This document shows positions 38,128-46,214 of a stretch of 46,214 nt of DNA, piece by piece; positions within the stretch are counted from its first letter, which is position 1, and every line of letters begins with the position of its first letter. The DNA comes from Bacillota bacterium. Lineage in GTDB: Bacteria; Bacillota; SHA-98; UBA4971. A program made the position numbers and the translations under genes. The notes under the pieces are model-generated. The model made no database searches and was not told the origin of the DNA. It saw nothing but the letters and a program-made list of their open reading frames with translations. The stretch is from contig JBFMGS010000002.1 of NCBI GenBank assembly GCA_040752635.1, positions 12,618 through 58,831 of the forward strand, written 5' to 3'.

Positions 38128-39514
38128 TACCCTCTACGAGGGCCGACACGACTTCCTCCATCTTCATGGCGCGCGACCCTTTAACCAGGATCACGTCGCC
38201 AGGCCTTGCCAGCCACTCAACAGCCCGAGCCGCCTCGCCCCTATCGTCGAACATGAGCACGCTGCCCGCCGCCTTGCCCAGACGAAGCGCCTCTTCACCT
38301 GCGAGACGCGCAAGATCCCCCACAGTCACCAGTACGTCGCACGGTAATGCCATCGCCGTGCGACCGAGATCCCTGTGAGCCTCCGCCGAGATCTCCCCCA
38401 GCTCCAGCATATTACCCAGGACTGCGATCTTCCGCCTCGAGCCCGCGACTTGCCGCAGAGTGGATAGAGCAGCTCTCATGGATGCGGGGTTGGCGTTGTA
38501 GGTGTCATCTATCACGATATATCCCTGGCGAGTCTCGATGATCCCGAGCCGCTGGTGCGCAGGTTCGAAGTGATCGAGCCCGTCTGCGACTGCAAACGAA
38601 TCCAAGCCCAGAACAAACGCAGCCGCACTCGCCGCGAGAGCGTTGTAGACGTTGTGCATGCCTGGAGCGGGCACGTGAACCCTGAAGGATCTCTCGCCAT
38701 AGGACATGGTGAAGTTCGTGCCTTCTGCCCCCAAAAGCTCAATCTCGCTCGCCTGCACGTCTGCAGCCTGCTCTACCCCGAAAAACGTCACCTTTGCCGA
38801 AGTCTTGTCCTTCATCGCCGCGGTATGAGGGCAGTCGCTGTTCAGCACGGCGATGCCGTCAGCCCCGAGCGCTTCCACAAGCTCTGCCTTAGCAGCAGCT
38901 ACGTTCTCGATGGACCCCAGGAGTTCCACATGGCTGGGCCCCACGTTGGTGACGACCCCTACGTCAGGGCGGGCGATCTCGGCGAGGTCCCGGATCTGCC
39001 CGCTGCCCCTCATGGCAAGCTCCACCACGCAGACCTCGTGATGGGGTTCAAGGCTGAGCAGAGTCAGCGGGACACCCACTTCGTTGTTGAAGTTCTCCTG
39101 CGTCTTCGCGCAGCGCACGCGTTCGGCGAAGATACTGTAAGCCATGTCCTTGGTCGTAGTCTTGCCCGTGCTTCCGGTTATTGCGACGACAGGTATACCC
39201 AAGCGACACCTGTTATACGTGGCGAGCTTCTGCAGGGCCTTTAACGTGTTGTTCACGACAATGACCGCGGCCGTCCCCGGTAGGTCACCTGTTCTTTCCC
39301 TGGACGAGATGACTACTCCCCTTGCGCCTCTCTCAACGGCGTCCTTTGCGAACTGGTGACCGTCGAAGTTCGGGCCTGAAAGCGCAAAGAAGATCTCCCC
39401 GCCGGCGACTTTACGAGAGTCGGTAGTAACCCCCGAGAATGACGGGTGGGCCCCTGTCGCCTCGCAGCTACCCCCTGTGGCCTTTACAACTTCATCTAGG
39501 CTGAACTCCGCCAC
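38102..39514 (-). CDS. murF: UDP-MurNAc-tripeptide--D-Ala-D-Ala ligase
   Basis: TDSR, FDGH, TGSTGKTTTK, NFNNEVGVP, DTYNANP.SM, LGNMLELG, VKGSR. Confidence 0.96.
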   Translation of the reverse strand: MAEFSLDEVVKATGGSCEATGAHPSFSGVTTDSRKVAGGEIFFALSGPNFDGHQFAKDAVERGARGVVISSRERTGDLPGTAAVIVVNNTLKALQKLATYNRCRLGIPVVAITGSTGKTTTKDMAYSIFAERVRCAKTQENFNNEVGVPLTLLSLEPHHEVCVVELAMRGSGQIRDLAEIARPDVGVVTNVGPSHVELLGSIENVAAAKAELVEALGADGIAVLNSDCPHTAAMKDKTSAKVTFFGVEQAADVQASEIELLGAEGTNFTMSYGERSFRVHVPAPGMHNVYNALAASAAAFVLGLDSFAVADGLDHFEPAHQRLGIIETRQGYIVIDDTYNANPASMRAALSTLRQVAGSRRKIAVLGNMLELGEISAEAHRDLGRTAMALPCDVLVTVGDLARLAGEEALRLGKAAGSVLMFDDRGEAARAVEWLARPGDVILVKGSRAMKMEEVVSALVEGIGGGPGAT

Positions 39515-41045
39515 GACCTGCGCGCTCCTTCAGAAGGTTCCTGGCAACCTCCCGATCGTCGAAATGAATGGTATGATCCCGGAATACCTGGTAGGTCTCG
39601 TGGCCTTTGCCTGCGATGACCACCACGTCGCCCTCTCTGGCTTCGGAAATCGCCCTTGCGATGGCTTCGGCCCTGCTGACTATGACCTCATAGCCCTCGC
39701 CCGGCCGCCTTGCGCGAAGGATCCCTTCCTCGATCTCGCGGCATATCGCGTCCGGATCCTCGGACCGGGGGTTATCCGACGTCACTACCACGAGGTCGGC
39801 AAGGTTCGCCGCTATTTCCCCCATGATCGGGCGCTTGGTTCTGTCACGGTCCCCACCGCAGCCGAAAACGGCTATGACCCGACCCGAGGCGAGCCCGGAC
39901 GCAGCCTTTAGGATGTTTTGGAGGCTATCCGGTGTGTGCGCAAAATCAACTATGACGGCGAAAGGCTGCCCTTCGTCTATCGTCTCGAACCGTCCGGGCA
40001 CCCCCTGGACGCTCTCGACCCCTGCCTTGATTTCGTCCAGGCCGACCCCTGCCGCAAGCCCGCATCCGATGGCGGCAAGCGCGTTATGCACGTTGAACAT
40101 GCCCGCGAGGTTCAGGCAGACCTGGGTTTTGCCCTTGGGCGTACGGGCGGTGAACCGGGCGCCTCGAGGGAGCAGCCTCACGTCCTCGGCCTTAATGTCG
40201 GCGCTCGCCATGACGCCGTAGGTCAAGACATCAGCGCGAGTCCTGGAGATAATGTGGCCTGCATGGGGGTCGTCCAGGTTCACCAGAGCAGTTCTCACCT
40301 GACCCTTACGCGAGACCCCGTCTCCTAGAGATTCGAAGAAAGCAGTTTTCGCACCGAGGTAGTTTTCAAATGTCCCGTGGAAATCCAGGTGATCATGGCC
40401 GATATTGGTGAACACGCCCATGTCAAAGTCCACACCCAAGACGCGATCGAGCACTACCGCGTGAGACGAGACCTCCATCGCGGCTGCACGCTGGCCCCTA
40501 TCGTGCATCTGGCGAAGCATTCTCTGTACGTCGAGAGACTCCGGGGTGGTATGCTTAGCGTGGACTACCTCGTCTCCAATGACGTGCCCCACGGTCCCAA
40601 TGATACCGCAACTGCGCCCGGATGCATCGAGCACGCCCTTGATGAGATAGGTCGTGGTTGTCTTTCCTTTGGTGCCGGTGACACCCACGCAAAGCATAGA
40701 GGCCGACGGATCACCGTAGAAATTCCGGGCTATGACGGCAAGAGCCCGCCGCGACTCGAGAGCTCTCGCCACCTGCACTCCCTCAGGAATCGCCATGTCT
40801 TCCTCAACAACCAGCGCCACCGCTCCGCGGGAGATTGCATCGCCGATGAAGTCGTGCCCGTCATGCTTCTCCCCCTTAACGCATACGAAAAGGTACCCGG
40901 GGCCGACCTCGCGCGAATCGTAGGCAACGCCCCGGACTATCGCTCCCGTATCTCCAAGGACTTCCCGGACTTCCACTCCTTCGAGCAAGTCCCCGAACGT
41001 ACACACAGCTCTCGGCATCCTCCAGCGTTCTCTTGACAGTACCAT
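39492..41045 (-). CDS. murE: UDP-MurNAc-dipeptide--meso-DAP ligase
   Basis: YDSR, GVTGTKGKTT, HTTPES, MEVSSH, DHLDFH, DFAHTPD, GCGGDRD, SDNPR (DAP-type), GKGHE. Confidence 0.97.
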   Translation of the reverse strand: MVLSRERWRMPRAVCTFGDLLEGVEVREVLGDTGAIVRGVAYDSREVGPGYLFVCVKGEKHDGHDFIGDAISRGAVALVVEEDMAIPEGVQVARALESRRALAVIARNFYGDPSASMLCVGVTGTKGKTTTTYLIKGVLDASGRSCGIIGTVGHVIGDEVVHAKHTTPESLDVQRMLRQMHDRGQRAAAMEVSSHAVVLDRVLGVDFDMGVFTNIGHDHLDFHGTFENYLGAKTAFFESLGDGVSRKGQVRTALVNLDDPHAGHIISRTRADVLTYGVMASADIKAEDVRLLPRGARFTARTPKGKTQVCLNLAGMFNVHNALAAIGCGLAAGVGLDEIKAGVESVQGVPGRFETIDEGQPFAVIVDFAHTPDSLQNILKAASGLASGRVIAVFGCGGDRDRTKRPIMGEIAANLADLVVVTSDNPRSEDPDAICREIEEGILRARRPGEGYEVIVSRAEAIARAISEAREGDVVVIAGKGHETYQVFRDHTIHFDDREVARNLLKERAGRGGVQPR

Positions 41046-41103
41046 TATTCCTCCTGTCATTGGCTACTATGCCAAATTAAGGCTATGAAGCGCTGACCTA
41101 CTG

Positions 41104-43233
41104 TCATGGCGCACCAGGCGCTTGCGGGCCCGGCGGTTCAAATCTGACTACAACCACAGACCCCCGGGGCACCGCCGTCCCCGGCTTCGGGTCCGAGGAG
41201 CGAGCAACTCCCGTGCCTTCCGCCTGCATACGCAGGCCCGCTCTCGTAAGAAGAAGGGCCGCGTCTTTCATCGTCTTGCCCGTAAGGTCCGGGACCAGCA
41301 CGTTTTCTTCCTCTACATTATAGAGGGCGCCCATATCCAAGTAAAGCACAACTGTGGTCCCCCGGGCGACCCTGGCGCCCGGCCGCGGGGTCTGATCGCG
41401 CACCACGTTGCCTGAGCCCTTCACCCGGACCTCGAGCCCGAACTCGGTTACAAGAGCTTTCGCAGCATCCTCCGAGGACCGACCTATAAGATCGGGAACA
41501 GCCACGAGCTCGACGCTCCGGCCGGCTTCCCCCTGTTCGGGAGGTGAAGTAGGCGGTACCCCCATGTACCTCAGCGCGTCGCGAACAACGGCCTGAAAAA
41601 CCGGGGCCGCGAGAACGCCCCCGTACCTTATCCCGACGTCCGGCTCATCCCAGACGACGAGGACTGAGATCTTAGGGTCCTCAACAGGGGCGAAGCCAAG
41701 AAACGACGCCACCCGCTTTTCGCCGTATACTCCCGCCTCGGGCTTCTCCGCCGTCCCGGTCTTGCCGGCAACGCGGTAACCCGGTATTTTCGCCCTGTAC
41801 CCAGACCCGTTGACCACCACGGATTCCAGGATGAGCGAGAGCTCGTGGGAGGTCTCCTTGCTGATGACCTGCCGCAGAGGCTCGGGCGAGAACTCCTTCA
41901 CGAGGCTACCATCCGGAGCGATGATCCGGGACGCAAGATACGGGCGCATGAGAACGCCGCCGTTTGCGATGGCGTTCAGGGCTGATAGGAGCTGGATCGG
42001 GGTCACAGAGATCCCTTGCCCGAAGGAAATGTTTGCAATCTCCACGAGCCCGACATTCTTCTCCTGTTGGAGCAGGCCTGCCGCCTCCCCGGGGAAATCG
42101 ATCCCCAGGGGGCTTCCGAACCCGAAGGCCCGGATGTACCTGTAGAACCGTTCAGTGCCGAGGCGCAGCCCGAGGGTGGCAAACACCACGTTGCACGAGT
42201 TCTCGGTTGCTTCTATGAAGGTTTGGCTGCCATGGCCACCTCCGAGCCAGCATCGGACGTGCCTGTCCTCCACCCTGATAAAACCGGGGTCGAAGAAGGT
42301 ATCGGTCGGCTTCACTACCCCCTCCTCCAAAGCGGCTGCCGCCGTGATGATCTTGAAAGTAGAGCCTGGCTCATACACGTCAGATACAACGATGTTGCGT
42401 CTGGCACTATCTGGATAATCAAAGTAATGGTTGGGGTTGTACGTGGGCCTTGCGGCCATGGCCAGCACCGCTCCGGTTTTCGGGTCCATCGCCAGAATCA
42501 TGCCACGTTTTGCGCGGGTCTCTACCATTCCACGATCGAGTTCGCGCTCCACAATATACTGGATCACTTCGTCTATGGTAAGATACAGGTCATTGCCATC
42601 GACAGGCGGGATGAACCTCGACACTCCCCCCGGGATCTCCTTGCCAGCAGCGTCGCGCTCGGCTACGATCTGGCCACGCGTGCCACGCAGGAACGCATCG
42701 TATTGCACCTCCAGGCCCTCGAGCCCCTGGTTATCGATGCCCGCAATGCCCAGGATGTGCGCGGCCAGCCTGTCCTTGGGGTAGAACCGCTGGCCGCGCT
42801 CGGTGAATCCTATACCCTTGAGGTCCAGCTTTCGAAGTGCGGCCGCCTTGTCTGGATCCACCCTGCGGTCGATCCAAACCGTCGCAGCCTTCTGCGTGAG
42901 CTTCGCTCGGATGCTTTCGGGGTCCTGCTCAAGGACGCGCGCGAGCGTCCGTGCAGTTTCGGAGGGGTCTCTCACTTCTGCGGGGACAGCATAAACAGAG
43001 TCAGCGCTCACGCTTACGGCAAGCTCCCGGCCTTCACGGTCGCGTATGGTTCCCCTGCGGGCATCCACAGGAACGGGATAAAGCCTCTGATCCAGTGCGA
43101 GCTTGCGAAAGCGATCGCTCTGGGCGACCTGCAGCCACGAGAGCCGGAACACCAGCAGTATGGCAGCGATCCCCCACATAACAAAAAGCCAGGCCACCCT
43201 CTTTTTGACGGTAACGCCTGAGTATACCGACAC
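41104..43233 (-). CDS. spoVD: Class B penicillin-binding protein, SpoVD/FtsI type, two PASTA domains
   Basis: RGTIRDR, RFYP, GLEGLE, YEPGSTFK (SxxK), SCN, KTGT, C-terminal VPDL repeats. Confidence 0.9.
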   Translation of the reverse strand: MSVYSGVTVKKRVAWLFVMWGIAAILLVFRLSWLQVAQSDRFRKLALDQRLYPVPVDARRGTIRDREGRELAVSVSADSVYAVPAEVRDPSETARTLARVLEQDPESIRAKLTQKAATVWIDRRVDPDKAAALRKLDLKGIGFTERGQRFYPKDRLAAHILGIAGIDNQGLEGLEVQYDAFLRGTRGQIVAERDAAGKEIPGGVSRFIPPVDGNDLYLTIDEVIQYIVERELDRGMVETRAKRGMILAMDPKTGAVLAMAARPTYNPNHYFDYPDSARRNIVVSDVYEPGSTFKIITAAAALEEGVVKPTDTFFDPGFIRVEDRHVRCWLGGGHGSQTFIEATENSCNVVFATLGLRLGTERFYRYIRAFGFGSPLGIDFPGEAAGLLQQEKNVGLVEIANISFGQGISVTPIQLLSALNAIANGGVLMRPYLASRIIAPDGSLVKEFSPEPLRQVISKETSHELSLILESVVVNGSGYRAKIPGYRVAGKTGTAEKPEAGVYGEKRVASFLGFAPVEDPKISVLVVWDEPDVGIRYGGVLAAPVFQAVVRDALRYMGVPPTSPPEQGEAGRSVELVAVPDLIGRSSEDAAKALVTEFGLEVRVKGSGNVVRDQTPRPGARVARGTTVVLYLDMGALYNVEEENVLVPDLTGKTMKDAALLLTRAGLRMQAEGTGVARSSDPKPGTAVPRGSVVVVRFEPPGPQAPGAP

Positions 43234-43253
43234 AGGTCTTACCCCGCCTTGCT

Positions 43254-43793
43254 CTATTTTAACCGGACCCTCGGATGATTGCTGTCGGGGATATCGTAGA
43301 ACCACCTTGCAACGAAGGGCGAGACAAGCCCTATCAGGGCATCCCCGGTTCGAGCTAGAAGGCCCTTTTCAAGTCCGGACGGTTCCCGGAGACCAGGCGT
43401 GTTTGCATCCTTGCCGGCACCCTGGTTGCGACCACCGGGAGCTACTACGACGTACTCTGCAAACACCGGGTCTGTCATGCCGAGCCCGGCCCTGGCAACC
43501 TCCTCTACCCTCTCCAGGGAGCGAAGGTGCGTAGCCGACAGGTTCAGCCGGTCGTATTGCACCTGTGTGGCTGCGAGGGCTTGTTCAAGCTGGCTTAACC
43601 TGTATCCTCTGTTGATGGTCTGGGCGCGCAACGCCAGGTTGCCGAGGAGAAGCCCCGTAGCCAGCAACGCTGCAAGTGCGGGCCTCCCGAGGCGAGCCCG
43701 CTTACATGGCTTCTGCGACCCCGCCAGCATTGCGCGTGCCCCTCTTTCTTGCGTCACCAGGAGCCTGAGGGGCCTGGCTTCGGCCGGTACCAT
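43254..43793 (-). CDS. ftsL: FtsL-like cell division protein
   Basis: TM, coiled coil (GYRLSQLE...L.SLERVE..AR..LGM..P); between rsmH and the PBP. Confidence 0.8.
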   Translation of the reverse strand: MVPAEARPLRLLVTQERGARAMLAGSQKPCKRARLGRPALAALLATGLLLGNLALRAQTINRGYRLSQLEQALAATQVQYDRLNLSATHLRSLERVEEVARAGLGMTDPVFAEYVVVAPGGRNQGAGKDANTPGLREPSGLEKGLLARTGDALIGLVSPFVARWFYDIPDSNHPRVRLK

Positions 43794-43815
43794 CTGTATT
43801 CCCTCCCCAATTCGC

Positions 43816-44769
43816 TTAGAACTTCTCGGCCGCACGTAACTTCGCACTGCGAGACCTGGCATTCGCCCTAACTTCCTCTTCACTCGGAACAAGGGGCCTG
43901 GTGGTCAGAATCCTCAGGCGCCCCGAACCCGAAGTATGACCCGGGACCCCCTCCGCATCGCGCCGCGCTGCGTGCCAGGAGAGTTTCTTCTTTACGATGC
44001 GGTCCTCCAGAGAGTGGAAGGAGATTGCCACCAGTCTCCCTCCAGCTCGAAGGACGTCTACCGCCTGGTCGATGCCTTTCTCGAGATTGTCCAGCTCGTT
44101 GTTGACCGCGATGCGAAGGGCCTGAAAAGTGCGCCTCGCCGGATGCGGCCCGGTTCTCCTCGCTCGAGCCGGAACCGCCTGTTTGATGATGTCCGCGAGT
44201 TCCCCCGTGGTGGTGATGGGACGCGACTCGCGCCTCGCCACTATGAACCGGGCGATCCGGGACGCCCATCGCTCCTCACCATACTCACGTATAATCCTGG
44301 CAATATCGTCGAAGGGGAGAGTATTGACAAGATCCCGGGCAGATGGCCCGGAATTCGTATCCATCCGCATGTCGAGAAGCGCATCGCCCATGTACGAAAA
44401 ACCTCTGCCAGGATCATCGAACTGCCGGCTTGACGCCCCGAGGTCGAACAGGACCCCATCAACAGACCCTATGCCGAGGTCCCGAAGCAGGGTTTTGAGG
44501 TCGGCAAAGTTCCCACACACCAGGGTAAACGAGCCCTCGAAGGAGGAAAGCCTGCGGCTGGCAAACTCGATGGCTTCCTGGTCCCTGTCTATGCCCACCA
44601 GGAACCCGCCGGGTGCAACACGCTCCAGTACAGACGCAGCATGACCGCCGCCGCCCACGGTGCAATCGACGTATGTTCCGCCTGTCCTGGGCCTTAGCAT
44701 CCACAACACCTCATCCCTCATCACCGGGATGTGATACTCGCCGTGCCCGCTCTCGCAATCTGGCGTCAT
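43816..44769 (-). CDS. rsmH: 16S rRNA m4C1402 methyltransferase
   Basis: HIPVM, DCTVGGGGH, DLG.SS.Q, RGFS, LDMRMD, YGEE, FQALRIAVN, SFHSLEDRIVK, RSAKLR. Confidence 0.97.
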   Translation of the reverse strand: MTPDCESGHGEYHIPVMRDEVLWMLRPRTGGTYVDCTVGGGGHAASVLERVAPGGFLVGIDRDQEAIEFASRRLSSFEGSFTLVCGNFADLKTLLRDLGIGSVDGVLFDLGASSRQFDDPGRGFSYMGDALLDMRMDTNSGPSARDLVNTLPFDDIARIIREYGEERWASRIARFIVARRESRPITTTGELADIIKQAVPARARRTGPHPARRTFQALRIAVNNELDNLEKGIDQAVDVLRAGGRLVAISFHSLEDRIVKKKLSWHAARRDAEGVPGHTSGSGRLRILTTRPLVPSEEEVRANARSRSAKLRAAEKF

Positions 44770-45227
44770 ACCTTGTCAACACCGCCGTGAACGAGCTTCT
44801 CCGCTATCTCCTCATAGGATTCCTCAGCTTTGGTCGAGTAGTCACGCCACACCTCCCGGCTCCAGACCTCCACCCGGTTCATCACACCGATGACGACCAC
44901 GTCCTTATTAATCGCTGCATACTCGCGAAGGTAGGGAGGTATGTTGATTCGCCCTTGCCTGTCAAGTTCGCATTCACATGCTCCTGCAAAGAACAGCCTG
45001 CTGTAAGCGCGCGCATCTCGCATCGCTAGAGGGAGCGACGCAAGCTGCTCCTGTTGTTTCTCCCACTCGCTTTCGGGAAAGAGAAAAAGGCATCTGTCCA
45101 GCCCCTTTGTAGCAAAGAACCGCTCGCCCAGGCCGTCCCTGAACTTTGCAGGAATCGCCAGCCTGCCTTTGTCGTCCACGTTATGCTCGTACGTCCCGAT
45201 GAACCTTGGGGATGCTGTCTCCACCAC
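44766..45227 (-). CDS. mraZ: Division/cell wall cluster repressor MraZ
   Basis: FIGTYEHNVDDKGRLAIP.KFR, LDRQGRINIP, RVEVW. Confidence 0.96.
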   Translation of the reverse strand: MVETASPRFIGTYEHNVDDKGRLAIPAKFRDGLGERFFATKGLDRCLFLFPESEWEKQQEQLASLPLAMRDARAYSRLFFAGACECELDRQGRINIPPYLREYAAINKDVVVIGVMNRVEVWSREVWRDYSTKAEESYEEIAEKLVHGGVDKV

Positions 45228-45247
45228 TTTTCCCCACTTTGCCCCAC
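45222..45247 (-). promoter_or_regulatory. MraZ-binding repeats
   Basis: GTGGGG-CAAA-GTGGGG-AAAA-GTGGTG at 10-bp period. Confidence 0.85.
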
Positions 45248-45262
45248 ATTGGCAACGTTTCT

Positions 45263-45289
45263 CTTCTATGTCACTGCGGGAAATCCTTC
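45263..45289 (-). promoter_or_regulatory. Possible SigH promoter of the dcw operon
   Basis: GAAGGATTT-11 nt-ATAGAAG. Confidence 0.5.
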
Positions 45290-45516
45290 TTCTCCGAATA
45301 ACTTTTTTCGAAACCAGAGACTCGCAGGATTGCCCGCGTTTGCACGTATGTGGGGAGCGCCCGCGCATGCATGAGAAGGCGTGTGAAAGCCCGAGAAGTG
45401 GTGCGAGTTTTCGGTGACCACTTCGTGCGAGGGGGAGTCGGTTGTGAGATAACCGAGAAGAGAGTGGTCCCGGCGATTGTGCCAGGACCACTGTAACGAA
45501 CTTGTTTCTCTTGCCC

Positions 45517-46059
45517 TCACGATGCCGCCTGGCACCGCGAGCTCTCGATGAAGCCCTTCCTGTCGAGAGTCATAAGTATTACCTTCTTCGAAGGCCCTCC
45601 GTCCTCAAACTTTCGAGTGACGACCCATTCCTTCCGGAACCCACACTTCTCAAAGCACCTGATAGCAGACGTATTCTCCTGGAACACGCGCAGGTATACC
45701 CGCGCCAATTTCGTATGGTTGAACGCATACTCGAGCAACGTGTTGACGGCTTCAGTACCATAGCCTCTACCCCGATACCGCTCATTGCCGATGAGGACCA
45801 CAAGCTCGGCCTCGCTCTTTCGCCAACTGATCTCCACAAGGCCGATACTGCCGATGAGGGTGCCGTCTTCGGCTTCGATGGCGAACATCCTCGCCGTCTT
45901 TGCGCCGCCCTTATTCCCTTGACCTTGGGACTCTGAGAGGTGCCGGTTTCGACCGTTTCCTGGCACAGTTGCAGCATAGTATTCCGATTCCCAGCAGCTT
46001 GTAATTTCCGCGTCTTTCTCGCCCAGCGGGCGAAGTGCTACTCTTGCTCCTTCTATCAC
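45517..46059 (-). CDS. GNAT (RimJ/RimL-like) N-acetyltransferase
   Basis: V.LRPL, IG.I.L, YRGRGYGTEA, YAF, N..AIRCFEKCGF. Confidence 0.88.
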   Translation of the reverse strand: MIEGARVALRPLGEKDAEITSCWESEYYAATVPGNGRNRHLSESQGQGNKGGAKTARMFAIEAEDGTLIGSIGLVEISWRKSEAELVVLIGNERYRGRGYGTEAVNTLLEYAFNHTKLARVYLRVFQENTSAIRCFEKCGFRKEWVVTRKFEDGGPSKKVILMTLDRKGFIESSRCQAAS

Positions 46060-46214
46060 TTGCGCGACACCTCTTCTTGCTATGCTTCACCTCCTCACCT
46101 GTCGTATGATAAGTTCGACCTTGCCCTGCCGATACCTTCATGTAATTATATCCGCTTCTAGCATCAGCGGCCATGCGCCTGCCACAGCCGGGTCAGTCCG
46201 CAGCAGCATCCCCC

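Noticed and set aside
42016-43221. 401-aa plus-strand ORF
   Set aside because: Antisense to spoVD; no domain signal.
41104-43233. Only one class B PBP in the dcw cluster
   Set aside because: Common in clostridia-like Bacillota.
46100-46214. Possible gene end at the window edge
   Set aside because: Too little sequence to identify.

Overview
A 46 kb, high-GC core-genome segment from an endospore-forming Bacillota (lineage inferred from sporulation sigma factors and gene order). Almost all genes lie on the minus strand. In transcription order: a GNAT acetyltransferase; the dcw cluster (mraZ rsmH ftsL spoVD murE murF mraY spoVE/ftsW murG murC murB murA ftsQ DUF881 sbp ftsA ftsZ, with no murD); spoIIGA-sigE; an inserted HTH regulator plus radical SAM pair; an inverted sigG-spoIIR-ylmC block on the plus strand; nrdR, pgeF, a HlyD-like gene, yggS, sepF, an S4-only YlmH, TM1266, yggU, DUF5665, yteA, lspA, lgt and rluD; a frameshifted sugar ABC permease relic; and a purine operon (purE C S Q L [F-M fusion] N H D) under a ykkC-type, probably PRPP-sensing, riboswitch. 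Most notable: the in-frame PurF-PurM fusion; a family of oriented, bulged intergenic palindromes, two of which flank the inverted sigG block in opposite orientations; a regulator/radical SAM cassette sharing a 19-bp direct-repeat operator; and divergent FtsA and MurB motifs. I recognised no CRISPR array, tRNA, rRNA or transposase. All calls come from motif recognition by eye; no database searches were run.
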